Shown in pieces: positions 19,948 to 30,744 of a stretch of DNA of 64,000 nucleotides (within the stretch, counting starts at the first letter, position 1; each line of letters opens with the position of its first letter). The stretch lies in assembly GCA_037481815.1 (NCBI GenBank), contig JBBFKX010000003.1, positions 160,001-224,000 on the forward strand, written 5' to 3'. Under the pieces are notes generated by a model that was given only the letters and a program-made list of their open reading frames with translations, was not told the DNA's origin and searched no databases. The DNA comes from a candidate division WOR-3 bacterium. GTDB taxonomy: Bacteria; Hydrothermota; 32-111. The position numbers were made by a program, and so were the translations under genes.

Positions 19948-22071
19948 CTATTTAACTATAATAAGTTTACCATTATACTCTTTTTTACCATCAACAAGTT
20001 TTATAAAATATACTCCCTTTTTAAGTTTTTTCGTATTCAAAATATAATTTCCTGGATTTTTATCTTTTTCAAAAATCACCTGTTTACCAGAAACATCATA
20101 AACAACTATTTCATTTGTTTTTCCATTCAATGTGTATTCAAAAGAATTAAGATTAATCTCCATTTTAGTAACATTTTCTTTAAGATTTTCTTTTTCAAGG
20201 TTGGTAAGAGTATTTTTCAATATATAAAAACACCCGGATGCAAGATAAACATAATTATTATCAGCCCAAACATCCCTTGCTTCTCCTGGCGTATCATAAT
20301 ATCCAACTTCTTGAGGATTTGTTGGATCTGTTACATCTATAACCCTTACACCCGAATTCTGATCAGCCACATAAGCATAATTTCCAACAACACAAACATC
20401 CCAGGACCAACCAGGTGTATCATAATATCCAACCTCTTGAGGATTTGTTGGATCTGTTATATCAACTATCCTGAGACCAAAAGTTCCATCCGCCAAATAA
20501 GCGTAGTTTCCAGAAACAAATACTCCCCTTGACCAGCCTTGAGAAACATAATATCCCAACACAACTGGTGATGATGGATTTGAAATGTTTACTATTTTAA
20601 AACCATTATTATTTAATGCCAAAAAAGCATAATTCCCATTTACACAAATATTGTAAATATAACCAACAGTATCAACAGAAGCAACTTTTGAAGGAGATGT
20701 GGGGTTTGAAACATCCACAATGCATAAGCCAGAATCACCATCTGCAATATAAGCATAGTTCCCGGAAACAACAACATTGTTTGGATAACCAGGAGTATCA
20801 TAAACACCCACTTGTGTTATGTTTGCAGGATCAGAAATATTCAATATTCGCAAACCCCAACCAACATCAGTTACATAAGCATAATTTCCAGTAACATAAT
20901 GTCCATTGGTATTATTAACATTACTATAACTTCCCACCTCATAAGGATTAAATTTATTTGAGATATCAATTATCCTAAATCCACATTCTCCATTTGTAAC
21001 ATAAGCATAATTTCCAACAACATATACATAATAAGATAAACCATAAAAACCATAACTCCCAATTTGGGCTGGTATCGAAGGATTTGAAACATCAACTATC
21101 ATCAATCCCAAAGTTGAAACACATGCATAAACATAGTTACTATCTTTAAAAATATATTCAACAAACTCACCAAAACTAAAATTACTTACTAACACAGGAT
21201 TAGATTTATCTGAAACATCCAAGATTAAAATTCCCCAATATCCATTTGCCACATAAGCATAGTTTCCACTAACATTAACATTTAAAGCCAAACAATTTGT
21301 GGCATAATATCCTGTTTCAAAAGGAGTTGATGGGTTTGTTATATCAAAAATCCTTACCCCACCCCAGTATCCATCAGCAACATAAACATAATTACCTGAA
21401 ATAAAAAGATCATACGCATAACCAGGGGTATCAACAGAAACAACTTTTGAAGGAGATGTGGGGTTTGAAACATCTACAATGCATAAGCCAGAATCACCAT
21501 CTGCAATATAAGCATAGTTCCCGGAAACAACAATGCTCATTTCCCAACCTGGAGAATTAAAATAACCCACCTCTACTGGATTTAACATATTGGAAATGTT
21601 TAAAATTACAAGACCATTACTACCATCAAGAACATAAGCAATTGTATCTTTTACAAAAATATTATAAGCAACACCTGATGTATCATAAAATCTTATAAAT
21701 GTTGGATTTGAAGGATCAGATACATCATAGATTCCAATACCAGTTAACCCACAGGCAATATATAAATGATTTCCTTCAACAAAAATCCCATTTATATACT
21801 CTGGGGCTCCGATCTCGCTCAAAAACACTGGATTGTTTTTGTTTTTCACATTAAGTAATACCACATAATAATCAGATTGAACGAAAGCGATAGTATCAAC
21901 AACATAAACTTTTCTTGCATAACCATAGTAAGGAACTCTTCCGATTCTTTTCATGTTCAAACTATCATAGGTATTTTTGGGGTTGGCGAAACCTTTAAAA
22001 TATAGCATCTCCTCAGCAGAAACCGAAATCAAAACTAATAAAATAAAAAGAGTTAAATAAACTTTTTTCAT
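19948..22071 (-). CDS. LVIVD-repeat beta-propeller surface protein with T9SS type A-like C-terminal sorting domain
   Basis: Signal peptide; a dozen or more ~42-aa repeats (GNYAYVA...GLRIVDxSNP...VGYYDTPG); C-terminal VYDVSGKQV...LKKGVYFIKL...KLIIVK. Confidence 0.85.
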   Translation of the reverse strand: MKKVYLTLFILLVLISVSAEEMLYFKGFANPKNTYDSLNMKRIGRVPYYGYARKVYVVDTIAFVQSDYYVVLLNVKNKNNPVFLSEIGAPEYINGIFVEGNHLYIACGLTGIGIYDVSDPSNPTFIRFYDTSGVAYNIFVKDTIAYVLDGSNGLVILNISNMLNPVEVGYFNSPGWEMSIVVSGNYAYIADGDSGLCIVDVSNPTSPSKVVSVDTPGYAYDLFISGNYVYVADGYWGGVRIFDITNPSTPFETGYYATNCLALNVNVSGNYAYVANGYWGILILDVSDKSNPVLVSNFSFGEFVEYIFKDSNYVYACVSTLGLMIVDVSNPSIPAQIGSYGFYGLSYYVYVVGNYAYVTNGECGFRIIDISNKFNPYEVGSYSNVNNTNGHYVTGNYAYVTDVGWGLRILNISDPANITQVGVYDTPGYPNNVVVSGNYAYIADGDSGLCIVDVSNPTSPSKVASVDTVGYIYNICVNGNYAFLALNNNGFKIVNISNPSSPVVLGYYVSQGWSRGVFVSGNYAYLADGTFGLRIVDITDPTNPQEVGYYDTPGWSWDVCVVGNYAYVADQNSGVRVIDVTDPTNPQEVGYYDTPGEARDVWADNNYVYLASGCFYILKNTLTNLEKENLKENVTKMEINLNSFEYTLNGKTNEIVVYDVSGKQVIFEKDKNPGNYILNTKKLKKGVYFIKLVDGKKEYNGKLIIVK
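20669..21533. repeat. Near-identical intragenic duplication, 20669-20774 versus 21428-21533 (106 bp, 2 mismatches)
   Basis: Direct comparison; offset 759 bp. A second pair, 20291-20333 versus 20417-20459, is 43 bp with 1 mismatch. Confidence 0.85.
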
Positions 22072-22148
22072 TTACCCTCCTCTTTAAATTTTATGTTTTT
22101 TTAATTTTTGATTTAACTAAAAAAATTAAATTTGCCAGCCATCCAAAT

Positions 22149-23797
22149 TCATACCTTGAACCTGTCAACATATCTTTTCATCTCCTCAGCAATATTCTTT
22201 AAAGTCAATATCGATTCAGAAAGCGAATTAAAAGAAGCCGTTTCTTCTTCAACCGCCGCTGAGACCTCCTGGGCTGCTGCTGCATTCTGTTCTGACTCCT
22301 TCGTAATCTTTTCAATATATGTTGAAAGTTCACTTACAGCATTTTTAGAAATCTCACTTTTTTGAGCAATATTCTCTATTTCTAAAACAGAGTTTTCCAT
22401 ATCCTCAGATATGTTTTTCAATTTATTCGATATATCAAAAAATATACCTTTTGAACTGTTTATTCCTTCTTTCGTTTTCAGTGATTCCTCAATAAGAGTT
22501 TCGGTTTTCTCTAAAATTTCATTCACTATCACATCTATCTCTTTTGCTCTTTCTTTACTGTTGTTTGCAAGTTTTGTTATCTCCTGTGCAACTACCGAAA
22601 AACCTCTTCCATATTCACCAGCCCTTGCTGCCTCAATCATCGCATTTAAAGATAAAAGAGATGTCTTATTCGAAATGTTGTTTATGGTATCCATTATCTC
22701 AGGTATCTTTTTCAACTCATCAGCAAGGTTTCTTATTCTGTTCGATAAAGAGTCAATCGAATTAACAAGATCTTCAGAACTTTTAAACGCTTTTTCCGAC
22801 TCAAACTTCCCTTCAACTGAATTTTTTAAAGTATTCTGCGACATCTCTTTTGCTTTCAATGCTGCCTGTTGCGTTTCAAAAACATTGCTATTGGTTATTT
22901 TTGCTTTTTCAAGTATATACATTACCGACTCCATCTGTTTTTGTGAACTGTTTGCGATTTCCTGAATCGACGATGAAATCTCTTCTGATGAAGCAAGAAG
23001 TTGTTCTGTTGTTGATGAAAGAGTATCAGATTGTTCAAAAAGTTTTGGAGAGGTTTTTTTTAATTCAACAACGACCTCACTCAACTCATCAAGAAACTCG
23101 TTGATCCCATCAGACAAATATCCTATTTCATTGTTCTCTTTTTTTTCTATTCTTCTTGTTAAGTCGGTCCCAATAGAACTCACTTTGTTTGATATTTTAA
23201 CAACAGGATTAATTAAAATCCTGACCAAGATGGTGGCAGTAAAAATACCAGCCAGAAGTGCTATCAAAGCAAATATCAAAGAAATTTTTAACATTTTAAA
23301 AATTGAACTTTTTAAATGTTCTTCACTGATACCGATTCTGACAAAACCGATAAAAGTTTTTTCAAACGATTCTAAAAAATCTTCTCCACTTACACTTATT
23401 GGATAATAGAATTCCCATATCTTTCCCTCAGTAAAATATGGTTCATCATTTTTCATTCTATCAATAATCTTATTATCGATCAGATCATCAAATTCTATTT
23501 TTGATTGGCAGGATATAACTTTACCATCTTTATCATAGACATAAGAATAAACTATATCATTTTGAGAAGAGAGATTTAACAAGACCTCAGAAATATCATT
23601 ACAGTTTTCTTCAACAACCGATTTCTTACACGCAAGTGAAAATAAAGAAGCGATGGACTCTCCTTTCGTTTTGAACTCTCTTTTTAAAGATCCAATTGAA
23701 AATAAAAAAATGCTTCAAAAACGATTACTATTGAAACAACAAGGATCACTATTATAAAAGTTGACTTTTTCAGCAAACTGTTTCTTTTTTGTTTCAT
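22149..23797 (-). pseudogene. Methyl-accepting chemotaxis protein, frameshifted in a T7 run at 23704-23710 (about 549 aa if repaired)
   Basis: ATG at 23797 gives MKQKRNSLLKKS plus TM1 but stops soon after the T run. One extra T joins it to the frame with the periplasmic domain, TM2, HAMP and signalling tip [24 protein letters not shown]. Confidence 0.85.
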
Positions 23798-24666
23798 CTG
23801 TATATCTCTTTAGCACTCTTTAAAACTTTATCATCAAATCTAATATTCAAATCTGATGAAACTTTAAGGTTCACATAAAGATACCCATCAGGCATATCTT
23901 TGGGATTTTCGAGTTTTTTTTCATCAAGGTATTTTTTTATCATTTTTCCCAGAATCATTCCATTTTCAAAGTAATCTGGAGATAAACCAAAAAGCGCTCC
24001 CGCTTTAACAAGTTTGTCAGATGTTACAAACAATGGTATTTTTGTTTTCTGTGAATGCAAAATCATATTGTTGATAACACCAGCAGAAGATATTACAGGA
24101 TCTGTTATCAAAACGATCAAAGAAACATCTTTCAATAAGTTTATCTTTTCATTTACATCATTCTCATTCTCACTTTTTATCTTTTTAACACTGATACCAG
24201 ATTTTTCTGCATCCTTTTCAAACTGCTTAATCAGTTCTTCCTTAGAATATAATATTCCTATACTTTTACAGTCTGGAATAACCGATTTTATAACATTCAA
24301 CTGCTTTGAATAATCTATGTTCAAACTTACTCCTGTAATATTTTCATCTTTTCCAGCGATCAATGTTGGATTGTAAACCATTCCATAGAATATGGGTTTT
24401 TTTATCTTTTCAGATATAACGATTTTCAATGGAGTTTCTCCTAAAACACAGATAAGATCATAATTTTCTATGTTTTTTAATCCATTTAAAACTTCCTCTT
24501 TTTTCCCATCACAATCTAAAAGAACATAATCTTTAATCCCTGACTTTTCGATTCCAGATAATGCAATATTGTATATATCAACATTTTTCCATTTTAGAAT
24601 CAAGATTTTTGATTCAAGATTTTTAACGAGTAACAAAAAAAGTATCAGAATAAAAAACTTTTTCAT
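23794..24666 (-). CDS. ABC-type substrate-binding protein (ABC_sub_bind-like)
   Basis: Signal peptide; NITGVSL, IGILYS, LVKAGALFGL and YLYVNLKV motifs. Confidence 0.8.
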   Translation of the reverse strand: MKKFFILILFLLLVKNLESKILILKWKNVDIYNIALSGIEKSGIKDYVLLDCDGKKEEVLNGLKNIENYDLICVLGETPLKIVISEKIKKPIFYGMVYNPTLIAGKDENITGVSLNIDYSKQLNVIKSVIPDCKSIGILYSKEELIKQFEKDAEKSGISVKKIKSENENDVNEKINLLKDVSLIVLITDPVISSAGVINNMILHSQKTKIPLFVTSDKLVKAGALFGLSPDYFENGMILGKMIKKYLDEKKLENPKDMPDGYLYVNLKVSSDLNIRFDDKVLKSAKEIYR

Positions 24667-24678
24667 TTTATCCCCATT

Positions 24679-26646
24679 TTATTTGCAGAAACAGTATGTT
24701 ATCTTTAAACCAAATTCCCTATCAAGTCCTGGCATCGGAGCAAATCCTCCATTGTAAGGCTGGATAAATTGGTAAGGTGTATTAAGAATGTTTTTCACAA
24801 AAAATGAAAGAGACAAATTTTTCAACAAGAGATCTTTTATCGTTAAGTTTAAATTTACAAGAATATCGGGATCAAAAGATTTAAATACAAAATCATCAAT
24901 ACTATCATCAAATCTATAATAGGCATATTTGGAAGACAAATATGCTCCATTAAAATTAAGAAAAAGATTTGATAACAAAGAAAAAGTTCCCGAGAATCCC
25001 ATTTTGTGCCTTGGAGCACCTAAAAAAGATTTTTCATCCGTTGGAACACTATATAGTTCTACTTCATTCCTGTTCGCTATATAGTATGAATAATTCATTT
25101 TTATATCAACCTTACTCTTCTTTAACCTGTATTCAATCTCAAAACCTCTTGAACCAATACGTGTATCGTTAAAATAACCTTCAACAAAAGTTTCCTCATC
25201 AAAATAGTATACAATAGGTGAAATAATGTTAACATCATATATGTTTCCCACAACAAACATTTCAGGAGTGATCATATAACCGGCTTCGACCTCAAAAGTT
25301 TTTGTTTTTTCAGGTAAAATGTTTAAATTTACATTCACATTCATAAAACTTGGGGATCTGAATGAGTGTGCATACAATAATTTAATATGAAATTTATCAA
25401 AAACTTTTGTAAAACCAATTCTCGGGACTAAAAATTTCCCATACAATTTGTTGTATTCGAACCTGAAACCTGAAATTGAAAGAAGATCAACTCTGGGAAT
25501 CTTATAAAAAAGTTCTGTGAAAATTGAAATATTTTGATTAACAATTTTTCTTGTTCCATCAGCAAAATCCACCTGTAAACTATCGTTTGCAACGCATCTT
25601 TCATAATAATATTCTTCACCAAACATAAAAGAAAGATCTTTTGAATGCTCATAGTTCAATGAAACATTCTCAAGGATCCTTTCTGCTTTCAAATTCCAGT
25701 AATTTTCCGATACATTTGAACTCGTATCGGTTATTTGCCATGGATACTGTAATTTGTATTTTACTGCTGGTAAAATTTTTATTTTCTCATTCAAATCTAA
25801 GTTGTATTTAATATCAGCAAAATAATAATCAAATTTTTGATTGACACTTTTGGGCAGTATATAATCATAAACATTTCTTACCGTCATATCATATCTATCA
25901 ACCATTAAATTGGCTTCAAGATCTTTAAAAGTAAAATTCAATCTTCCATTTAATGGAATTATATTCGAGTTTGAACTCATAAAGAAACTGTCATTATACA
26001 TATCATAATAAGTTCTAACACTTCTTATAGATTGGTTGTAAGAAAATGAACCACCAATATTAAAAGATGAAAAATTTTTATTAAAAGAAACAACTCCACC
26101 TCTTTTTGAATAGGTTTTCCCAAAACTTGAATATACTAAATCAGTTTTTAAAAACTCTCTATTGTCTTCTTTTTTAGTAACAATATTTATCACCCCAAGT
26201 TCTGCAAAACCACCATATTTTACAGAGCCCGGACCTCTTATGATTTCTATCCTTTCAATGATTTCAGGTGATATATGGTTTCCAAGAATAACATTTGAAT
26301 AGGTCAGTTCATTCATTTCGTGTCCATCAAGAAGCAAAAGAATTTTTCCTTCATTCGCCCAGATACCCCTTACACCCAAACTAACCGTTTGTGAAACATC
26401 TGCACCAAAGAAAAAACCTGGTATAAAATTTAAAATTTCAATAAGGTCTTTTGCCCCACTTTTTTCAATTTCATCTTTAGTTATTATAGTCACAATACCT
26501 GCTGTTTCTCTAACGGTGAGTGATTTTTGTGTGGCAACATTAACCTCTTGCGATAAAAGTTCTTCAAGACCTAACTCCTGTTGAAATGAAAAAATAAAAG
26601 TAAAAAGTATAAAAAAAGAAAAAAATATTTTCAGGGAATTTTTCAT
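24679..26646 (-). CDS. TonB-dependent outer membrane receptor
   Basis: Plug motifs VTIITKDEIEKSGA, LLLLDG, IERIEIIRGPGSVKYG, GVINIVTK; barrel FRSPS, LPEK, VKNILN, PGLDREFGLKITY. Confidence 0.92.
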   Translation of the reverse strand: MKNSLKIFFSFFILFTFIFSFQQELGLEELLSQEVNVATQKSLTVRETAGIVTIITKDEIEKSGAKDLIEILNFIPGFFFGADVSQTVSLGVRGIWANEGKILLLLDGHEMNELTYSNVILGNHISPEIIERIEIIRGPGSVKYGGFAELGVINIVTKKEDNREFLKTDLVYSSFGKTYSKRGGVVSFNKNFSSFNIGGSFSYNQSIRSVRTYYDMYNDSFFMSSNSNIIPLNGRLNFTFKDLEANLMVDRYDMTVRNVYDYILPKSVNQKFDYYFADIKYNLDLNEKIKILPAVKYKLQYPWQITDTSSNVSENYWNLKAERILENVSLNYEHSKDLSFMFGEEYYYERCVANDSLQVDFADGTRKIVNQNISIFTELFYKIPRVDLLSISGFRFEYNKLYGKFLVPRIGFTKVFDKFHIKLLYAHSFRSPSFMNVNVNLNILPEKTKTFEVEAGYMITPEMFVVGNIYDVNIISPIVYYFDEETFVEGYFNDTRIGSRGFEIEYRLKKSKVDIKMNYSYYIANRNEVELYSVPTDEKSFLGAPRHKMGFSGTFSLLSNLFLNFNGAYLSSKYAYYRFDDSIDDFVFKSFDPDILVNLNLTIKDLLLKNLSLSFFVKNILNTPYQFIQPYNGGFAPMPGLDREFGLKITYCFCK

Positions 26647-26845
26647 AACCCTCCTTAAATTTTTTTAATTTTATCATAAATTTTTTAAAAGTCAAAAAAT
26701 TTTTCAAATCAGCACATATATCATCGGTCTTTTTAAAAAATCAAAAGTGATAAATTTGAGTTGATTTAAATCGATTAAATTTTATAATAAAAAAATGGGA
26801 ATAAAATTCTCTTTTTTAATACTCAAAAATTAACAAGGAGTATTT

Positions 26846-27967
26846 ATGAAAAATTTTTTCATCTTTTTTATTCTATTATTTTTACTTCTATCTTCCTGTA
26901 ACCTTGGACCACAAGCGGAATATGGACCTGACGACACGGTAAAAATTTCAGGGAAATGTTTTGATATAGATTCAACATCATATAACGATATGGAGATTGG
27001 ATTATGGATATCTTCACCAGAGTCGTTTCTAACAGATTTTTTCGGTTTAACACCTTCAACCTATACTGTTACAGATTCAACCGGTTATTATGAGTTTCTA
27101 AGAAAAGGTAGAGATTTCACTTCAACTAACGGCTCAACTTATAAAGTTTCCGTAATGAACTATAACACAAATCTCCCTTTTGAACCTCACACAAGAATAG
27201 ATTTTTATCCAATACATGTGGATAATCAGGTTCCTGATTTAAAATTATGGAACGGAGAATGCAATTTTACAATAAACGACGATGTCGTTAGATTTACCTA
27301 TGAAGGTATTGAAAAAATTGGAGTTTTAGATGTTGATTCATATAGATTTGAAGTAAAAGCAAAGATAGATGGAATCGGATACAATCTATGGCAAAAAAAA
27401 GTTCATAAAACAGATTCAATCTATTTACCAGTTTATATTTTTGGGGGAACACAATATCTTGGATGGAGAATGGTTTGTGAAAAGAAAGCACCTTCTGACG
27501 CTGATTTTGGTTTTATTTATATGTCCGAAACTGATACGACTTCAATTCCGTTAAATGGATATACAAACATATCTCTTGGGAAAAATTGTTTTAGAGAGGC
27601 AACACCTGAAACAATCAAAACTTTGACGGATGGCGGTTTTGGTCCATATCCTTCATATTCCTTATCTATAAGTTCAACAGATGTATCCTGGATTGTGCTT
27701 GACCTTGGGCAGGTATATGATTCGATATTTTCAGTTGTGGTTTACGGAATAAATCATACTGGCGAAACAGGAAAATACTACCTGATTTTAGATGAAGACA
27801 CAAGTAATGGATGGGATGAAAAAATTGATTCCGTATCTATGGATCAACACTATTTCTATTTTGAAAATATAAATAAAAGAGCAAGATACATAAGATTAGA
27901 ACTAAGTAAGATGTCAAATATGAGCATATCTAACTGCAGGGAAATAAGCGTTTTTAAGAAAAACTGA
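26846..27967 (+). CDS. Lipoprotein of unknown function with discoidin-like C-terminal domain
   Basis: Lipobox LSSC; WIVLDLG...ARYIRL...EISVF pattern of F5/8-type domains; AGGAG RBS. Confidence 0.6.
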   Translation: MKNFFIFFILLFLLLSSCNLGPQAEYGPDDTVKISGKCFDIDSTSYNDMEIGLWISSPESFLTDFFGLTPSTYTVTDSTGYYEFLRKGRDFTSTNGSTYKVSVMNYNTNLPFEPHTRIDFYPIHVDNQVPDLKLWNGECNFTINDDVVRFTYEGIEKIGVLDVDSYRFEVKAKIDGIGYNLWQKKVHKTDSIYLPVYIFGGTQYLGWRMVCEKKAPSDADFGFIYMSETDTTSIPLNGYTNISLGKNCFREATPETIKTLTDGGFGPYPSYSLSISSTDVSWIVLDLGQVYDSIFSVVVYGINHTGETGKYYLILDEDTSNGWDEKIDSVSMDQHYFYFENINKRARYIRLELSKMSNMSISNCREISVFKKN

Positions 27968-29353
27968 TCACTTTAAAAATAGGAAAGCTATACTCAAATA
28001 AGTTGCTGTTCCAATTATATCTGCAAGTGATGTTATTAAAGGTGTACTTGCCGTTGCAGGATCTTTTTTCAATTTTGTGAATATGAAAGGTAAAAGAACA
28101 CCTATCAAACTACCTATTATAACATTAAATATCATAGAAATGACAACTATCGATGCTATCAAAAGATTCTTACCCCTTATAAAACCCATTATTGAAATTC
28201 CAAAGCCCATCACAAGTCCAAGAAGTGTTGCTATTAAAAGTTCTCTCAAAATCAAAGTAAACCAATCTCTCATTTCGATAGTTCCCATAGCAAGTGCTCT
28301 TATCACAAGAGTTGCTGATTGTGCTCCAGCATTACCTGCTGTATCAACCAGAACAGGTAAAAATGAAACCAGAACAACATACCTTGCTATCGTGTCCTGA
28401 AAACCCTGAATGATTCCTCCTGTAACAAAATCCATTATAAGAAGTGCCACAAGCCAACTTATTCTCGCTTTGAAGATTTGCATCATCGGAACATCTTTTA
28501 TTCTTGTTATAAAATCAAGATCTATATCGTGCGATTGGATACCAGAAAATTTAGTAAAGTCCTCTGTCTGCTCTTCTCGAACAGCATCAAGAATATCATC
28601 AAAAGTAACGATTCCCAAAAGATGTCTCTCTTCATCCGTAATCGGCAATGCAAGAAGATCATATTTTTCAAAAATTTTGATCGCCTCTTCCTGATCAGTA
28701 TTCGCAGTCAAAAATATCACACTTTTATCCATCAAGGAATCTATCGTTTGAGAAGGTTCGGCAAGTATCAACTTCTTTATCGATATATCATCCAAAAGAT
28801 GCCACTGGTCGTCAACAACATAAATCATGTTTATCGTTTCTACATCTTTTCCATAATTTCTAATGAATGCGATAGTTTTCTCTATGGTCCAAGAGTTTTT
28901 CACAGCTATATAATCTGGATTCATCAATCTTCCAACACTATTTTCAGGGTATCCTAAAAGTTGTAATGCCTTTTTTCGCTCTTCAGGAGAGAGAAGGTTT
29001 ATCATCTTTCTTGTGAGATCTGGAGGCATCTCCTCAAAAAGTTCGGTTCTATCATCTGGTTCAAGTTCTTCGATTATCGTCTTAATATCATCGTTTGTAA
29101 GATTTCTTAAAAGATCCTCTTGCATATCACTATCAAGATAAGAAAATACTTCCTGTTGAAAATCTTTTGGTAACAATCTTAAAATAACAACTCTTTCCTT
29201 CGATTCAATCTCCCTAAATAAATCTGCAATCTCCGGGGGTTGCCAGAAAGAGATCAATTCCTTTAAATTTTTCCAGTCCTTATTTTTTATTATCTCTTCG
29301 AGTTCCGGCTTTAATAATCTCACCATTGGATCAAATTTATAATCGTCAGACAT
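27968..29353 (-). CDS. mgtE: Magnesium transporter MgtE
   Basis: MgtE N domain, YPENSVGRLM CBS pair, AGNAGAQS and DPATASTPLITSLAD. Confidence 0.95.
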   Translation of the reverse strand: MSDDYKFDPMVRLLKPELEEIIKNKDWKNLKELISFWQPPEIADLFREIESKERVVILRLLPKDFQQEVFSYLDSDMQEDLLRNLTNDDIKTIIEELEPDDRTELFEEMPPDLTRKMINLLSPEERKKALQLLGYPENSVGRLMNPDYIAVKNSWTIEKTIAFIRNYGKDVETINMIYVVDDQWHLLDDISIKKLILAEPSQTIDSLMDKSVIFLTANTDQEEAIKIFEKYDLLALPITDEERHLLGIVTFDDILDAVREEQTEDFTKFSGIQSHDIDLDFITRIKDVPMMQIFKARISWLVALLIMDFVTGGIIQGFQDTIARYVVLVSFLPVLVDTAGNAGAQSATLVIRALAMGTIEMRDWFTLILRELLIATLLGLVMGFGISIMGFIRGKNLLIASIVVISMIFNVIIGSLIGVLLPFIFTKLKKDPATASTPLITSLADIIGTATYLSIAFLFLK

Positions 29354-29481
29354 AAAAACCCCTTGAGAAATGAAATTTTTTCTTTGATTATAAAATTTTT
29401 TTCAGTAAAGTCAATTTATTTTTCAAAATTTTTATTTACTTTAAAACTTTGTATGCTAAAATCTCTCTAAAAGGAGGATTT

Positions 29482-30744
29482 ATGACTGGAAAAATAGCGT
29501 ATGATCTGATGCTTAAATTGAAAGGTGAAAGGGTTTCCGGAACAGAAAATCATAAAAAGGCAAATAACATCTTAAAACAGTTTTTAAAAGATTTAAAAGT
29601 TAAATATGAAACTATAGATTTTCCACTATACATTTCAGATATTGGCAAAGGATCTGTAACTCTGGGTTCACAAAGATATGAAGGTGTTCCCTATGGTTTA
29701 ACAGTTCCATATTCGGTTGAAGGGATTTTAGAGTATGCTGAATCTTTTGAGCAGATTCAAAACATCGATCAGAATTTTGAAAACAAAATTCTTATTATGA
29801 AAGATAGACCAAATATGTCAAAATTTCCTGTGCTAAAAGAGAAAAAGATAAAAGGTATAATCACCGCTTCAAGATCTGATGATTTAATCTCATCTTTACA
29901 TCTTTCAAGTTGGATGATCGAAAAAAACTGCATAATACCGATGATCGATATAAAATACTCTGATGTTTTAAAACTTATGGAAAATGTTGGGAAAAGGGTA
30001 AAAATTGAAGGAAAAGGTAAAACTTATAAAACAAGATCTGAAAATATCATCGCAAAAATCGATGGAACAAAAAAGACAGAAGAAAAAATAATCGTTATGG
30101 GACATACAGACACTGTCCCAAGATCTCCTGGTGGTTCTGATAACAGTGGGGGAATCGGAATAATGGCTGAACTTTTAGCATACTTTTCAAAAAATCGAAC
30201 AAAAAGAGAAATAATTTTTTCATTCTTTTCAGGTGAAGAATTGGGACTCTGGGGAAGTAGATTCTTTGTAGCAAGGAACGAAAAAGATCTGAAAAATTAT
30301 ATTCTTGGAATCAATTTCGATGTTGCTGGTGATCCTTTTGGAACAACCCAGTGCATTGTTACAGCAAATGATTATCTTGTCAATGTAATAAATTTTGTTT
30401 CAAAACTTACTGGAAGTTCAATAAATGTTTCAAAAGATATATATTCAAGTGATAACATGCCTTTTTCACTCAAAGGTGTTCCAACCATCAACCTTTTGAG
30501 AGCTGGTGGTGTTCCATCACGCTTTATCCATACAGATAAAGATTCGGTGGATCATATTTCTGAGAAAGGTGTTCTTCCTTTAATAAATTTTGGAAAATTC
30601 TTTATTGAAACTGTTGGGAACTCATCCATAAACCCAATTGAAAAAAATATTGATGAAGGAATAAAGAAAAAAATCGAAGGGTATTTCACCGGAAGAGGTA
30701 CTGAGATCAAGGATGTTGTTGATAGTTTAAAAAAGATCAAATAG
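29482..30744 (+). CDS. M28 family peptidase with PA-like insert
   Basis: GHTD, GGSDNSGG, GEELGLWGS, NFD, SDNMPF and HT motifs; ATG at 29482 after AGGAGG. Confidence 0.88.
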   Translation: MTGKIAYDLMLKLKGERVSGTENHKKANNILKQFLKDLKVKYETIDFPLYISDIGKGSVTLGSQRYEGVPYGLTVPYSVEGILEYAESFEQIQNIDQNFENKILIMKDRPNMSKFPVLKEKKIKGIITASRSDDLISSLHLSSWMIEKNCIIPMIDIKYSDVLKLMENVGKRVKIEGKGKTYKTRSENIIAKIDGTKKTEEKIIVMGHTDTVPRSPGGSDNSGGIGIMAELLAYFSKNRTKREIIFSFFSGEELGLWGSRFFVARNEKDLKNYILGINFDVAGDPFGTTQCIVTANDYLVNVINFVSKLTGSSINVSKDIYSSDNMPFSLKGVPTINLLRAGGVPSRFIHTDKDSVDHISEKGVLPLINFGKFFIETVGNSSINPIEKNIDEGIKKKIEGYFTGRGTEIKDVVDSLKKIK

